From the NCBI GenBank assembly GCA_965217775.1, contig CBDCJH010000002.1, positions 4,928,001 through 4,992,000 of the forward strand: a stretch of DNA of 64,000 nt, given 5' to 3'. A model generated the notes under the pieces. That model made no database searches and was not told where the DNA came from. It saw nothing but the letters and a program-made list of their open reading frames with translations. This stretch comes from Acidobacteriota bacterium (GTDB lineage Bacteria > Acidobacteriota > UBA6911 > RPQK01 > JAJDTT01). Positions 9,963 through 19,666 of this stretch are shown here, one piece after another (within the stretch, counting starts at the first letter, position 1; every line of letters starts with the position of its first letter). The position numbers and the translations under genes were made by a program.

Positions 9963-11405
9963 ATGAGTCGCGTCCGGGTCCGTTTCGCCCCGAGCCCAAC
10001 CGGATTCCTTCACCTCGGCGGCGCTCGGACCGCCCTCTTCAACTGGCTCCTCGCCAGAAAAAACCAGGGAATCTTCATTTTGCGGATCGAAGATACGGAC
10101 GCCCAGCGTTCCAGTCAGGAGATGGCTCACGGTATCATGGAAGGTCTGCGCTGGCTGGGTCTGGACTGGGACCAGCGTCCTTACTACCAGTCGCAGCGTC
10201 TGGAGTTGTACCGGGAAACGGCCGGAAGAGCCTTCCATGGCGACCATGCCTACGCTTGCTTCTGCCCCCCGGAAGAAATTCAGGCTCTCTCGCTCAAGTC
10301 CCGGTCGGAAGGCCGGATCCGGAGGGACCATGGATGCCGGGATCGAGCCTCGCATCGAGCCCGGTCGAGGGTCGCGGCGGGAGAATCCCACACCCTCCGC
10401 TTCCGGGTTCCGGGGCGCCGCCAGATCGTCTTCCAGGATCAAGTCTACGGGAAGGTCTCGCTCGCCACCGAGAATATCGAGGACTTCACGCTCCTCCGAT
10501 CCGACGGAAGCCCGACTTACCACCTCAGCGTGGTGACCGACGATTGGGAGATGGGTATTTCCCACGTGATCCGGGGAGCAGACCATCTTTCCAATACTCC
10601 GAAGCAGATCCTGCTGCATGAAGCTCTCGGCAACCAGGCGCCCGTCTATGCCCACCTGCCTCTGATTCTGGGTCCTGACAAGAAACGGCTGAGCAAGAGA
10701 AACGGGGCCGAGTCGGTGCTCGAGTACCGGGACCATGGATTTCTTCCCGTGGCGCTGTGCAACTACCTGGCGCTCCTCGGCTGGTCTCCGGGCGACGACC
10801 GCGAACTCTTCTCCAACGGCGAGCTGGTGAAGAACTTTGGTCTGGATCGGGTCAACAAGGCCAACGCCGTCTTCGATCGGCGGAAGTTGGGCTGGATGAA
10901 CTCCCGCTATCTGGCCAACTCGAGTAGCGACGATCTGGTCCGGCACCTGCAGCCCTTCCTCGAGCGCTCCGGGTTCCGGCAGGGCCGGGGAAACGACGAC
11001 CGGCTGCTCCCGGTCATCACCCTGCTCAAGAGCCGATTGAACCGGCTCTCGGACTTTCCCGAGATGGCGACTCCTTTCCTGACCGACCATTTTGATTACG
11101 AATCCAAGGCAGTGAAGCGCCACTTTTCCCTGGCGGACCCGGCGGAACGTTCTCGACTCCGGAGCTGGCTGGAAACCCTGGCCAACGAATATGACCAACT
11201 CGCGGAGTTCAACCTGGAGAACGTGGAGGCGGTGCTCCGGGGAACGGCCAAGGACTCCGGGTTCAAGATCGGCGTCTTCTTCGGCGCCGTGCGGGTGGCA
11301 CTGACGGGGCGGACCGCGTCGCCTGGAATCTTCGACGTGATCGTGACACTGGGCCGGCACAGAGTCGTCGAGCGCCTCAACAGGTGTCTGAAACTCCTCC
11401 AATGA
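9963..11405 (+). CDS. gltX: Glutamate--tRNA ligase
   Basis: RFAPSPTG.LHLGG (HIGH), LRIEDTD, IRGADH, RLSKR (KMSKS), RVALTG..SP anticodon domain. Confidence 0.97.
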   Translation: MSRVRVRFAPSPTGFLHLGGARTALFNWLLARKNQGIFILRIEDTDAQRSSQEMAHGIMEGLRWLGLDWDQRPYYQSQRLELYRETAGRAFHGDHAYACFCPPEEIQALSLKSRSEGRIRRDHGCRDRASHRARSRVAAGESHTLRFRVPGRRQIVFQDQVYGKVSLATENIEDFTLLRSDGSPTYHLSVVTDDWEMGISHVIRGADHLSNTPKQILLHEALGNQAPVYAHLPLILGPDKKRLSKRNGAESVLEYRDHGFLPVALCNYLALLGWSPGDDRELFSNGELVKNFGLDRVNKANAVFDRRKLGWMNSRYLANSSSDDLVRHLQPFLERSGFRQGRGNDDRLLPVITLLKSRLNRLSDFPEMATPFLTDHFDYESKAVKRHFSLADPAERSRLRSWLETLANEYDQLAEFNLENVEAVLRGTAKDSGFKIGVFFGAVRVALTGRTASPGIFDVIVTLGRHRVVERLNRCLKLLQ

Positions 11406-12193
11406 GGCCCGTCGTCCTCTCCATCGTCATCCCCGCATACAACGAGGAAAATCGGCTGGGAGCCAGCCTCGGGAGGATCGTCACCTACCTGGAGGGACGA
11501 AGCATTCCCTTCGAACTGGTGGTCGTGGACGATGGTTCGTCCGATGGTACCGTCCGCACAGCCATTTCGGCGGTGCGGGCCCGAGGGCGGGAAGAATGTC
11601 TTCGGATCCTGGAGAACGGGACCAACCGGGGCAAAGGCTACAGTGTGCGGCGCGGCATGCTCGCCGCCCACGGGACGCACGCTCTCCTCACCGATGCCGA
11701 TCTGAGCACTCCTATCGAGGAGGTCGCCAAGCTGGAACGGGAAATGACTCGCGGCGGACACCAGATTGCGTTTGGATCGCGAGGCTTGAAGGACTCTCAG
11801 ACCCGGAAGCGTCAAGGCATCTTCCGAGAGACGGCCGGGAAGATCTTCAATCTGACCATGAGACTCGTGACCGGATTGCCGTACCGGGACACGCAGTGCG
11901 GATTCAAGCTGTTCGAGCTGGAACCATGCCGGGTCCTTTTCCGAAAACAGCGGCTGCAGAGCTATGCCTTCGACGTGGAAATCCTTTATCTTGCCCGCAA
12001 GGCCGAACTGGCGGCTCGAGAGGTCGGGGTCATCTGGCGCCACCACTCCGAAAGCAAGATCCGTCTCCTCAGAGACGGCCTCGGCCTCTTGCAAGGTCTG
12101 ATCTCCATCCGCTGGAACGATCTGCTCGGCCGTTACGATGAGACTGAACGAAACAGAATTGTTAGACCGACAACCGGGGGGAACGACTCATGA
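11402..12193 (+). CDS. GT2 polyprenyl-phosphate glycosyltransferase (dolichyl-P beta-glucosyltransferase-like)
   Basis: SIVIPAYNEE, VDDGSSD, NRGKG, DADL, DTQCGFKLF, FDVEIL; ATGA overlap with gltX. Confidence 0.9.
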   Translation: MRPVVLSIVIPAYNEENRLGASLGRIVTYLEGRSIPFELVVVDDGSSDGTVRTAISAVRARGREECLRILENGTNRGKGYSVRRGMLAAHGTHALLTDADLSTPIEEVAKLEREMTRGGHQIAFGSRGLKDSQTRKRQGIFRETAGKIFNLTMRLVTGLPYRDTQCGFKLFELEPCRVLFRKQRLQSYAFDVEILYLARKAELAAREVGVIWRHHSESKIRLLRDGLGLLQGLISIRWNDLLGRYDETERNRIVRPTTGGNDS

Positions 12194-12924
12194 CCAGACT
12201 GGGTGTGAATGTGGACCACGTGGCCACGGTTCGGCAGGCTCGCCGGGCCCCCGAGCCGGATCCGGTGACCGCGGCGCTGCTGGCCGAGCTGGCAGGCGCC
12301 GACGGCATCACCGTCCACTTGCGCGGAGACCGGCGGCATATTCGAGAGCGGGACGTACGGATTCTGCGGGAGGTCGTCACCACCCGGCTCAACCTGGAAA
12401 TGGCCATCACCGAAGAGATGCTGGAAATCGCGACCCGGCTCCGTCCCAATACCGCCAGCCTGGTGCCGGAAACCGATGAAGAGGTCACGACCGAGGGAGG
12501 ACTGGATGTCGTGGCGCGGCCCGAATCGATCCGCTCCGCGATCCGAACCCTGGAAGCAGCAGGGTTGGAGGTCTCCCTGTTCATCGATCCCGATCCGGAG
12601 CAGTTGGACGCCGCTTCCCGGATTGGCGCAGGTTTGGTGGAACTCAACACGGCGGCCTATGCCGACGCCGTCCCCAGGGGTTTGTCGGAGCACGAACCGG
12701 GCTTCAGGCGGGAGCTGGGCAAGATCGTGGAAGCCGCGGAATTCGCCGCCTCCCGGGGCATTCGGGTCCTGGCCGGTCATGGCCTGACCTATCGAAACGT
12801 ACGACCCGTATCGCAACTCCCTCAAGTGGAAGAACTCAACATCGGACACAACATCGTGGCTCGAGCCACTCTGGTGGGCATGGAGCGCGCCGTCAGGGAG
12901 ATGTTGCGCGCCATGAACGAATGA
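12190..12924 (+). CDS. pdxJ: Pyridoxine 5'-phosphate synthase
   Basis: LGVNVDHVATVRQAR, ITVHLRGDRRHI, TTEGGLD, AGHGL, ELNIGH. Confidence 0.97.
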   Translation: MTRLGVNVDHVATVRQARRAPEPDPVTAALLAELAGADGITVHLRGDRRHIRERDVRILREVVTTRLNLEMAITEEMLEIATRLRPNTASLVPETDEEVTTEGGLDVVARPESIRSAIRTLEAAGLEVSLFIDPDPEQLDAASRIGAGLVELNTAAYADAVPRGLSEHEPGFRRELGKIVEAAEFAASRGIRVLAGHGLTYRNVRPVSQLPQVEELNIGHNIVARATLVGMERAVREMLRAMNE

Positions 12925-13823
12925 ATTCCGCGACTGGTCTTCCATCCCGGGGGAACGCCGCACCTGGAAGTCTTCATGTTCTGGCCACGCCCTTGGGCCA
13001 CCTGGGGGATCTGAGCCCGCGGGCGCGCGAAATTCTCGCTTCAGTCGATCTCGTCGCTTGTGAGGACACTCGGCATTCCGGAAAGTTGCTCACTCGCTTC
13101 GCCATCCGGACTCCCACCATCAGCTACCACGAGCACAATGAAACGGCTCAAGCCCGGACCCTCTTGAACCGGCTCCGCCAGGGCCGGAACATTGCCTTGA
13201 TCAGCAATGCCGGGACACCCCTGGTCTCGGACCCCGGCTATCGCCTGGTACGCCTCTGCCGGAAGCACAGGATCCCCGTCTCTCCGATTCCCGGTCCCTC
13301 GGCGGCCATCGCCGCGCTGTCGGTTTCCGGCCTTCCCACCGATCGCTTCCTGTTTACCGGATTCCTTCCCCGCCAATCCGGATCCATGCGCCGCGCACTG
13401 GAGGCGCTGAAGGATTTGAAGGCAACGTTGATTCTCTATGTGGCGCCGCACAGATTAGCCTCCACGCTGAAGGTGGCCCGGGAAGTCCTGGGAGATCGCG
13501 AGACCTGCCTGGCCAAGGAGATGACCAAGATCCACGAATCATTCTACCTGGGCCCCCTGAGCCAGATACGTTCCCTGGCCGGCAGCCGGCCTAAAGGGGA
13601 GTACACATTGGTCATCGAAGGGGCCGTATCTCAGCAGCCGAGGGTTTCGAACTTGGACCTGGAAGCCTACGTGGAAGGACTGATGCAGGTTCGGGATCTG
13701 ACTCGCACCCAGGCCGTGCGCTCCGCCGCGCGCGCCTTGGGGCTTCCTCGCCGGGAGGTCTACCGCCGCTGCCTCGAAGCTGGAAAGGTCACCAAGCGGC
13801 GTGAAGAATCCGATCCAATCTGA
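12921..13823 (+). CDS. rsmI: 16S rRNA (C1402-2'-O)-methyltransferase
   Basis: ATPLG.LGD, ACEDTR, SYHEHN, AGTPLVSDPG, PIPGPSA, EMTKIHE. Confidence 0.95.
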   Translation: MNSATGLPSRGNAAPGSLHVLATPLGHLGDLSPRAREILASVDLVACEDTRHSGKLLTRFAIRTPTISYHEHNETAQARTLLNRLRQGRNIALISNAGTPLVSDPGYRLVRLCRKHRIPVSPIPGPSAAIAALSVSGLPTDRFLFTGFLPRQSGSMRRALEALKDLKATLILYVAPHRLASTLKVAREVLGDRETCLAKEMTKIHESFYLGPLSQIRSLAGSRPKGEYTLVIEGAVSQQPRVSNLDLEAYVEGLMQVRDLTRTQAVRSAARALGLPRREVYRRCLEAGKVTKRREESDPI

Positions 13824-13910
13824 GGAAATATTCAGAAATATTGCATTTCGATCGGAATATTCTCACTCAACTTGACTATCGGCCGTTTTTTGTTGTATAA
13901 ATATGAATTC
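13821..13910 (+). promoter_or_regulatory. sigma70 promoter with putative ARG boxes
   Basis: TTGACT (13872)-18 nt-TATAAA (13896). TGAGGAAATATTCA (13821) and TGTATAAATATGAA (13894) resemble the ArgR box TGAAT-N4-ATTCA. Locally AT-rich. Confidence 0.65.
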
Positions 13911-13939
13911 TTACCCCTCAGCGGGATTGGTGGCAGAGC

Positions 13940-15025
13940 ATGAACGACCATGAGCACGCGACGAGTCTTGCGACTCCGGCTGCAACCCGTGTTGACGCCG
14001 TCTCCTCGGTGGTTTCTCGTCTCCAGTTGCCTGTGAACCTCGGGCTGGGACATCCGGACCAGATCGACTACGGTCAAGTCGTGGCGGCTCGCGTCCGGAG
14101 CGTGAACCCTTCCTATCCGGTGTTGGAAACGACAGAGAGCCGGGGTGTCCGCGTCCGGGAGGGCATGAAAATCGTCGGCGTGCTCGGTGCCCGGCGAGCT
14201 CTCCACGGGTTCTCCGGACGCTTGCCGGCGCGACTCGGCCCAGGAGCGGTCTTCCACCTTCTGAACAAAGGGGGCGTGATGGGCGAGTGTACCGCCTTTC
14301 ATCGCGCCTTGGGTTGGCCTGCGGAACTCGAGTATCTCGGGACCGTTCGCCAAGGGGGAACGTTCCTGAGTCTCCGGGACGGCGCCCTTCCCTCGCTTTC
14401 CCATTCCCTTCCCAGGATTCCCGTGATCCTGGTGCTGGGGACCTGCATGAACTCGGGCAAGACCGCCGTCTGCAAGCAGATTCTCCGCCTCTTCTCCCAA
14501 AAGGGCTTCACCGTCAACGCGGGCAAGGTGGCCGGCGTGGCAGCGTGCGCCGACCTGGAGGCGATGCGCAAGAGCGGGGCCGGCCGGGTCTTGAGTTTTC
14601 ATGATCTGGGCCTTCCCTCCAGCGTCCATCTGTCCGATCTCTCCACGGTCGCCCGGTCGCTGGTGCACCACCTGTCCTCCCCCCGGCCCGACTTCACCCT
14701 CTTGGAGGCCGGCGACGGAATACTGGGCGGCTACCACGTCGATTCTCTGCTCCGTGACGATCGGTTGCTGGAACGAACCGTGTGCGTGGTCCTGTGCGCC
14801 AACGACCTGATGGGAGTCTGGGGATCCCTGGAGTGGTTGCGCCAGCAGGGTCATGAACCCCAGGAGCTGTCGCTTCTGGTGTCGGGCCCGGCCACCGACA
14901 GCGCTGAGGGAATTCGCTACATCGAGCGGCATTTCCGGGTTCCCGCGGCCAACTCCTTCGAGAGTTCCGGAAAGCTGTGCACCTTCATCCTGGAACGGTT
15001 GATACCATGGTCAAGATCGGCATAG
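13940..15025 (+). CDS. DUF1611/DgcN-like P-loop protein, first gene of the arg operon
   Basis: LGTCMNSGKT P-loop-like motif, GKVAGVA..AD, F.DLGLPSS, EAGDGI; overlaps the argC start. Confidence 0.75.
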   Translation: MNDHEHATSLATPAATRVDAVSSVVSRLQLPVNLGLGHPDQIDYGQVVAARVRSVNPSYPVLETTESRGVRVREGMKIVGVLGARRALHGFSGRLPARLGPGAVFHLLNKGGVMGECTAFHRALGWPAELEYLGTVRQGGTFLSLRDGALPSLSHSLPRIPVILVLGTCMNSGKTAVCKQILRLFSQKGFTVNAGKVAGVAACADLEAMRKSGAGRVLSFHDLGLPSSVHLSDLSTVARSLVHHLSSPRPDFTLLEAGDGILGGYHVDSLLRDDRLLERTVCVVLCANDLMGVWGSLEWLRQQGHEPQELSLLVSGPATDSAEGIRYIERHFRVPAANSFESSGKLCTFILERLIPWSRSA

Positions 15026-16017
15026 CCGGCGGGTCGGGATACAGCGGCGGGGAACTGATCCGCAACTTGGCCAATCATCCCCAGGCACAGTTGCGCTGGA
15101 TCTCCTCCCGGCAGTTCACCGGTCAGCCCGTGGCTTCCCTCTATCCCAACCTGCGGGGATTCGTGGATCGCCATTTCGACAGTCTGGATTCGCTTCCGGC
15201 CACCGATTTGGACGTCCTTTTCCTGGCGTTGCCCCACGGCCATGCCATGAAGATCCTGCCGCAGCTTCCTCCGGACCTGATCGTCATCGACCTGAGCGGA
15301 GATTTTCGCATTTCCGATGCCGCCGTCTTCGAGCAGCACTACGGATTTGCCCAGGAGGCCCCACAACATCAGTCCAGATTCGTCTATGGCCTTCCCGAGA
15401 TCCATCGGGACCGGATACGCCGAAGCTCCAGGGTCGCCAATCCGGGCTGCTTTGCCACCGCCACCATTCTTGCCCTCCATCCCCTATACCAGGAGGGTTG
15501 GGTCAAGGGACCCGTTTTCGTAGACACCAAGACCGGATCCTCCGGGGCCGGCCGGGGGCCCGGCCCCAAGACCCACCATCCCCGGCGGAGCAACAGCTTC
15601 TTTCCCTACAAGCCATTTCGGCACCAGCACGTGGCCGAGATCTCACAGATCCTGGACACCGCCGCTCACCCGCTGGTTTTCCAGACTTACTCCACACCCT
15701 TGGTCCGGGGCATATTCGCCAGCCATTACATGGCGTTGGACCGGCCGCTGCGGGGGGACGAAGTCCGGGACCTCTACTCCAGTTACTACGGAGACGAATT
15801 CTTCGTTCGCTGGGTCGGTGAAGACCCGGACATCAACTTCGTCCGCAACGGAAACTTCGTGGATCTGGGCGCGGCCCACGACGACCAATTCCTCATCGTC
15901 TGGTCGACGCTGGACAATCTACAGAAGGGCGCTGCCGGTCAGGCCATTCAGAACATGAACCTGATTTGCGGCCTCCCGGAAACCATGGGACTCGATATCC
16001 CTCCGTCGCACCCGTGA
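15007..16017 (+). CDS. argC: N-acetyl-gamma-glutamyl-phosphate reductase
   Basis: GGSGYSG, LALPHG, DLSGDFR, YGLPE, ANPGCFAT (catalytic Cys), DNLQKGAAGQAIQNMN. Confidence 0.93.
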   Translation: MVKIGIAGGSGYSGGELIRNLANHPQAQLRWISSRQFTGQPVASLYPNLRGFVDRHFDSLDSLPATDLDVLFLALPHGHAMKILPQLPPDLIVIDLSGDFRISDAAVFEQHYGFAQEAPQHQSRFVYGLPEIHRDRIRRSSRVANPGCFATATILALHPLYQEGWVKGPVFVDTKTGSSGAGRGPGPKTHHPRRSNSFFPYKPFRHQHVAEISQILDTAAHPLVFQTYSTPLVRGIFASHYMALDRPLRGDEVRDLYSSYYGDEFFVRWVGEDPDINFVRNGNFVDLGAAHDDQFLIVWSTLDNLQKGAAGQAIQNMNLICGLPETMGLDIPPSHP

Positions 16018-16043
16018 CGGACCCGACTCGACAGGGAGAGAAA

Positions 16044-17213
16044 ATGGGAGAACTTGCCAACACCGTCAAGGAAACCGAGGACCGGTACCAGCTGAAGACC
16101 TACGCCAAACTACCGTTGGTGCTGGATCGGGGCCGCGGTTGCTACGTCTATGACCAGGATGGAAACGAATACCTGGATCTGTACGGCGGCCACGCCGTAG
16201 TCTCGACCGGCCACTGCCACCCCCGGGTCGTGGAAGCCCTTCGCACTCAGGCCGAGGAAATTCTCTTCTATTCCAACGTGGTCTACAGCTCGGTCCGCGC
16301 CCGGGCGGTCAAGAAGCTGATGGAATTGGCGGGACCGCCCTACTGGCAGGCATTCTTGGCCAATTCGGGCAGCGAGGCCAACGAGAGTGCCATCAAGGTG
16401 GCCCGGGCCCTGACCGGCAGAACCGATGTGTTGTCCCTGTCAAATTCCTTTCACGGACGCACTTACGGAAGTCTTTCCAGCACCGGCGTCTCCCACTACG
16501 CCGAGTATCTGAACACTCCCGTTCCCGGTCATCGGATCCTGGATCTCCAGGAAGTAGCCGATGCTGTCGATTCGGACACGGCTGCCGTCCTGCTGGAGCC
16601 GATCCAGAGCATGGGTGGAGTGGAGGAGGTTCCGGAGCAGACTCTCCATCAGATCCACGACGCCTGCCGCAGCCATGGGGCTTTCCTCATTTTCGACGAG
16701 GTCCAGACCGGCGTCGGCCGCACCGGCAGCTTCCTCTATGCCGGCACTGCAGGAATCTACCCCGAGATGGTCACCCTGGCCAAAGGGATCGCATCGGGAG
16801 TTCCCGCCAGTGCGCTTCTGGTGACCCGCGAGGTGGCGGAAAAGGTCCGGTCCGGGGACCTAGGCGCCACTTTCGGAGGAGCCCCCATGTCCTGTGCCGC
16901 CATGGAAGCCACGCTTGAAGTTCTGGAAGAGGAGGACCTGATCCGGAATGCGGCCCGGATCGGGAGCTATCTGCGACAAGAGCTGGAGACCCTGCCCTGG
17001 GTGGCGGAGGTCCGCGGAAGGGGGCTCTTGCTGGGCATCAAGATCCAGGGGGGAACTGCCAAGGATCTGGGGCGCTTCCTGCGGACGAGCAGAATCCTGA
17101 CCGGCACCTCCAGCGATCCGTCCGTGCTTCGCCTGATGCCGCCGCTGGTCCTGGGACGAAAAGAGGCCGATGCCTTCCTGGAGGTGGTCCGCAACTATGA
17201 ACCTGGTCATTAA
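16044..17213 (+). CDS. argD: Acetylornithine aminotransferase (class III)
   Basis: YLDLYGG, NSGSEANE, FHGRT, EPIQ, DEVQTGVGRTG, TLAKG; operon context. Confidence 0.9.
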   Translation: MGELANTVKETEDRYQLKTYAKLPLVLDRGRGCYVYDQDGNEYLDLYGGHAVVSTGHCHPRVVEALRTQAEEILFYSNVVYSSVRARAVKKLMELAGPPYWQAFLANSGSEANESAIKVARALTGRTDVLSLSNSFHGRTYGSLSSTGVSHYAEYLNTPVPGHRILDLQEVADAVDSDTAAVLLEPIQSMGGVEEVPEQTLHQIHDACRSHGAFLIFDEVQTGVGRTGSFLYAGTAGIYPEMVTLAKGIASGVPASALLVTREVAEKVRSGDLGATFGGAPMSCAAMEATLEVLEEEDLIRNAARIGSYLRQELETLPWVAEVRGRGLLLGIKIQGGTAKDLGRFLRTSRILTGTSSDPSVLRLMPPLVLGRKEADAFLEVVRNYEPGH

Positions 17214-18015
17214 GCTGAGCGGAAAGGTCCTGGAACAGGAGAGCTTCCGCCGGTCTCTCTGCCGTCAGATCACGGCCCTGGTTCGCGCCCCTCATCAGGT
17301 CCTTCTGATCCACGGAGGCGGCAAGCAGCTCTCCAGCCTATGCCGCCGGCTGGGAATTCCGGTGGTGCAGCATGAGGGACGACGCGTCACCGACGAGCCC
17401 ACATTGAACGCGGCGAATATGGTCTTCTCGGCCGTAAACCGGGAATTGGTGGCGTCGTTGAATTCCTGCGGCGTCAGGGCCATCGGCTTTGCCGGCTTCG
17501 ATGCCGGACTGGTTCGCTGCCGCCGCCGGGGACCGATCTCCGTGCGGACCACCGGAAGCAACGGCGACTCCGAGAAGCGATTGGTGGATTTCGGTCTGGT
17601 CGGAGAGATCGAGAGCGTCGATCCTCGACTGATCCGGGACCTTTGGGCCGCGAATCTGCTCCCGGTGGTGAGTTGTCTGTGTGCGACGGATGACGGCCGA
17701 ATCCTCAATATCAACGCCGACACTCTCGCCGCCAGCCTCGCCACCGCGTTGCGGGCCGACCGTCTGATTTCGGTGACCGACGTGGACGGTCTCTACCTGG
17801 ACGATTTTCGCGAGACGGTGCCCCGGCTGACCGCGGATGAGGTCCGCGTACACCTGCGGTCCGGCGCCATCAGCGACGGGATGGTCCCCAAGATGCAGAC
17901 CGCCTTGGAGGCATTGGAGCAGCAGATCCCCATGTTTCAGATCGTGGGCGGATTGGCGCCCAACGGCCTGATCCGGGGAATCGAGGGACTGGCGGGGACC
18001 CGCATCGTCCCCTAA
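17197..18015 (+). CDS. argB: Acetylglutamate kinase
   Basis: VIKLSG, IHGGG, GRRVTD, DFGLVG, LNINAD, TDVDG, GMVPK. Confidence 0.92.
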   Translation: MNLVIKLSGKVLEQESFRRSLCRQITALVRAPHQVLLIHGGGKQLSSLCRRLGIPVVQHEGRRVTDEPTLNAANMVFSAVNRELVASLNSCGVRAIGFAGFDAGLVRCRRRGPISVRTTGSNGDSEKRLVDFGLVGEIESVDPRLIRDLWAANLLPVVSCLCATDDGRILNINADTLAASLATALRADRLISVTDVDGLYLDDFRETVPRLTADEVRVHLRSGAISDGMVPKMQTALEALEQQIPMFQIVGGLAPNGLIRGIEGLAGTRIVP

Positions 18016-18150
18016 CCTGAATTTCTCATCAGGCCGCTGAGCTGATAATGAAAAACATCTTGTTTTCAGTCAACTACGCGGTTTTTATCAAGGTTGCTCC
18101 GGGACCGACTGCGCGCTCGCGCGCGCTCGCTGGTGAGAAATGCGGGCTGA
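18013..18150. mobile_element. MITE-like element, family 2 (copy a)
   Basis: TAACCTGAATTTCTCATC ... GGTGAGAAATGCGGGCT terminal inverted repeats; internal TACGCG and CCGGGACCGACTGCGCG shared with the copy at 34191. Confidence 0.8.
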
Positions 18151-18166
18151 CCGGGTCGGGGAGTCG

Positions 18167-19666
18167 TCAGGCGCCCAGAGACAGAGCGGGTTTCACCAGG
18201 CCCAATTCTTGTTCCAGCACGTGCGCGACCCGCAGTAGCCGACCTTCCCGGAAGTGCGGCCCCAGCAGCTGCAGTCCGATCGGCACCCCTTCGGGCGTGT
18301 AGGCGCAGGTCGTGGCCACTCCGGGAATTCCCGCCAGATTGGCAGTGACCGTGTACAGGTCCGACAAATACATCTCCAAGGGATCGGTGATCTTGTCTCC
18401 CTGCAGAAACGGCAGCGATGGGGCGGTGGGTCCCATCAGGAGGTCCGCCCGCTCGAAAGCCCTGAAGTAGTCCTCCTTGATCAGGGTTCGAACCTTGCTG
18501 GCCTTGAGGTAGTATGCATCGTAGTAGCCGGCGCTCAAGACATAAGTCCCGATCATGATCCGCCGCTTGACCTCGTCTCCGAAGCCCTCATTGCGGCTGT
18601 TCCGGTAGGTTTCTTCCAAGGCCCCGATCCTGCCGCTCCGGTGGCCGTATCGCATTCCATCGTAGCGAGCCAGATTCGAACTCGCCTCCGCCAGAGCAAT
18701 GATGTAGTAGGCGGCGATCGCGAACTCCGTATGGGGCAGATCGACCTCCACGATCTCACACCCAACCGCCTCCAGACTGGTTGCCGCGCGCCGGACCGCA
18801 GCTTCGATCCGCGGATCCGGACCGGACGAGAACCACTCCGCCGGAAGACCGATCCTCAGGCCCCGGATGTCGCCTTCGAGCGCTCCAACGAAATCCTCCG
18901 CCGGCCGGCGCGCGGAAGTCGAGTCCATTGGATCGTAGCCGGACACGACCTGCAGAATCATGGCCGCGTCCCGGGCGGTGCGGGCCAACGGTCCAATCTG
19001 GTCCAATGAGGAGGCAAAGGCCACCAGTCCGTAACGGGAAACCCTTCCGTAGGTCGGTTTCAACCCCACGACTCCACAGAAGGCGGCGGGTTGGCGAATC
19101 GAGCCGCCGGTGTCACTCCCCAGGGCGCCCGGCGCCTCCAATGCGGCCACCGCAGCAGCCGACCCGCCGCTGGACCCGCCGGGGACTCGGTTCAGATCCC
19201 AGGGATTGCGGGTGGGGAAGAATCCCGAGTTCTCGGTGGTTGAACCCATGGCGAACTCGTCCAGATTGGTCTTTCCCAGAATCAGCCCTCCGTCAGCCCG
19301 GAGACGGGCGACCGCTGTGGCTTCGTAGGGGGGAACGTAATGCTCCAGAATCCGGGACCCGCAGGTCGTCCGCATTCCTCGGGTAACAATATTGTCCTTC
19401 ACGGCCAAGGGAATCCCGGTCAACAGGCCGGCCTCCCGTTTCCCCGAGACCAGAGACCGATCCAGAGCCCGCGCCTCCAGCAGCAGCGTTTCCGCACGAA
19501 CGCTGATGAAGGCCTGGATCTTGGGGTCGCGCGACCGCATCCGCCGCAGGTAGGCTTCGGCGATTTCTACCGCTGAGAGCTGCCGATTCTTGATCTCCCG
19601 GTGCAGTTGGGCAATGGACAGATCGCAGATTTCACTCGGGCGTCCGGGGGGCTCGTGTTTCATCAC
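18167..19666 (-). CDS. gatA: Asp/Glu-tRNA amidotransferase subunit A
   Basis: KDNI, GKTNLDEFAMGS, PGGSSGGS, GSDTGGSIRQPA, EASSNLARYDG. Confidence 0.97.
   Translation of the reverse strand: MMKHEPPGRPSEICDLSIAQLHREIKNRQLSAVEIAEAYLRRMRSRDPKIQAFISVRAETLLLEARALDRSLVSGKREAGLLTGIPLAVKDNIVTRGMRTTCGSRILEHYVPPYEATAVARLRADGGLILGKTNLDEFAMGSTTENSGFFPTRNPWDLNRVPGGSSGGSAAAVAALEAPGALGSDTGGSIRQPAAFCGVVGLKPTYGRVSRYGLVAFASSLDQIGPLARTARDAAMILQVVSGYDPMDSTSARRPAEDFVGALEGDIRGLRIGLPAEWFSSGPDPRIEAAVRRAATSLEAVGCEIVEVDLPHTEFAIAAYYIIALAEASSNLARYDGMRYGHRSGRIGALEETYRNSRNEGFGDEVKRRIMIGTYVLSAGYYDAYYLKASKVRTLIKEDYFRAFERADLLMGPTAPSLPFLQGDKITDPLEMYLSDLYTVTANLAGIPGVATTCAYTPEGVPIGLQLLGPHFREGRLLRVAHVLEQELGLVKPALSLGA

Noticed and set aside
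13940-18015. LysW-dependent lysine/arginine operon
   Set aside because: No small acidic lysW (EDWGE) or ATP-grasp lysX gene is present; ARG-box-like sites favour an arg assignment.
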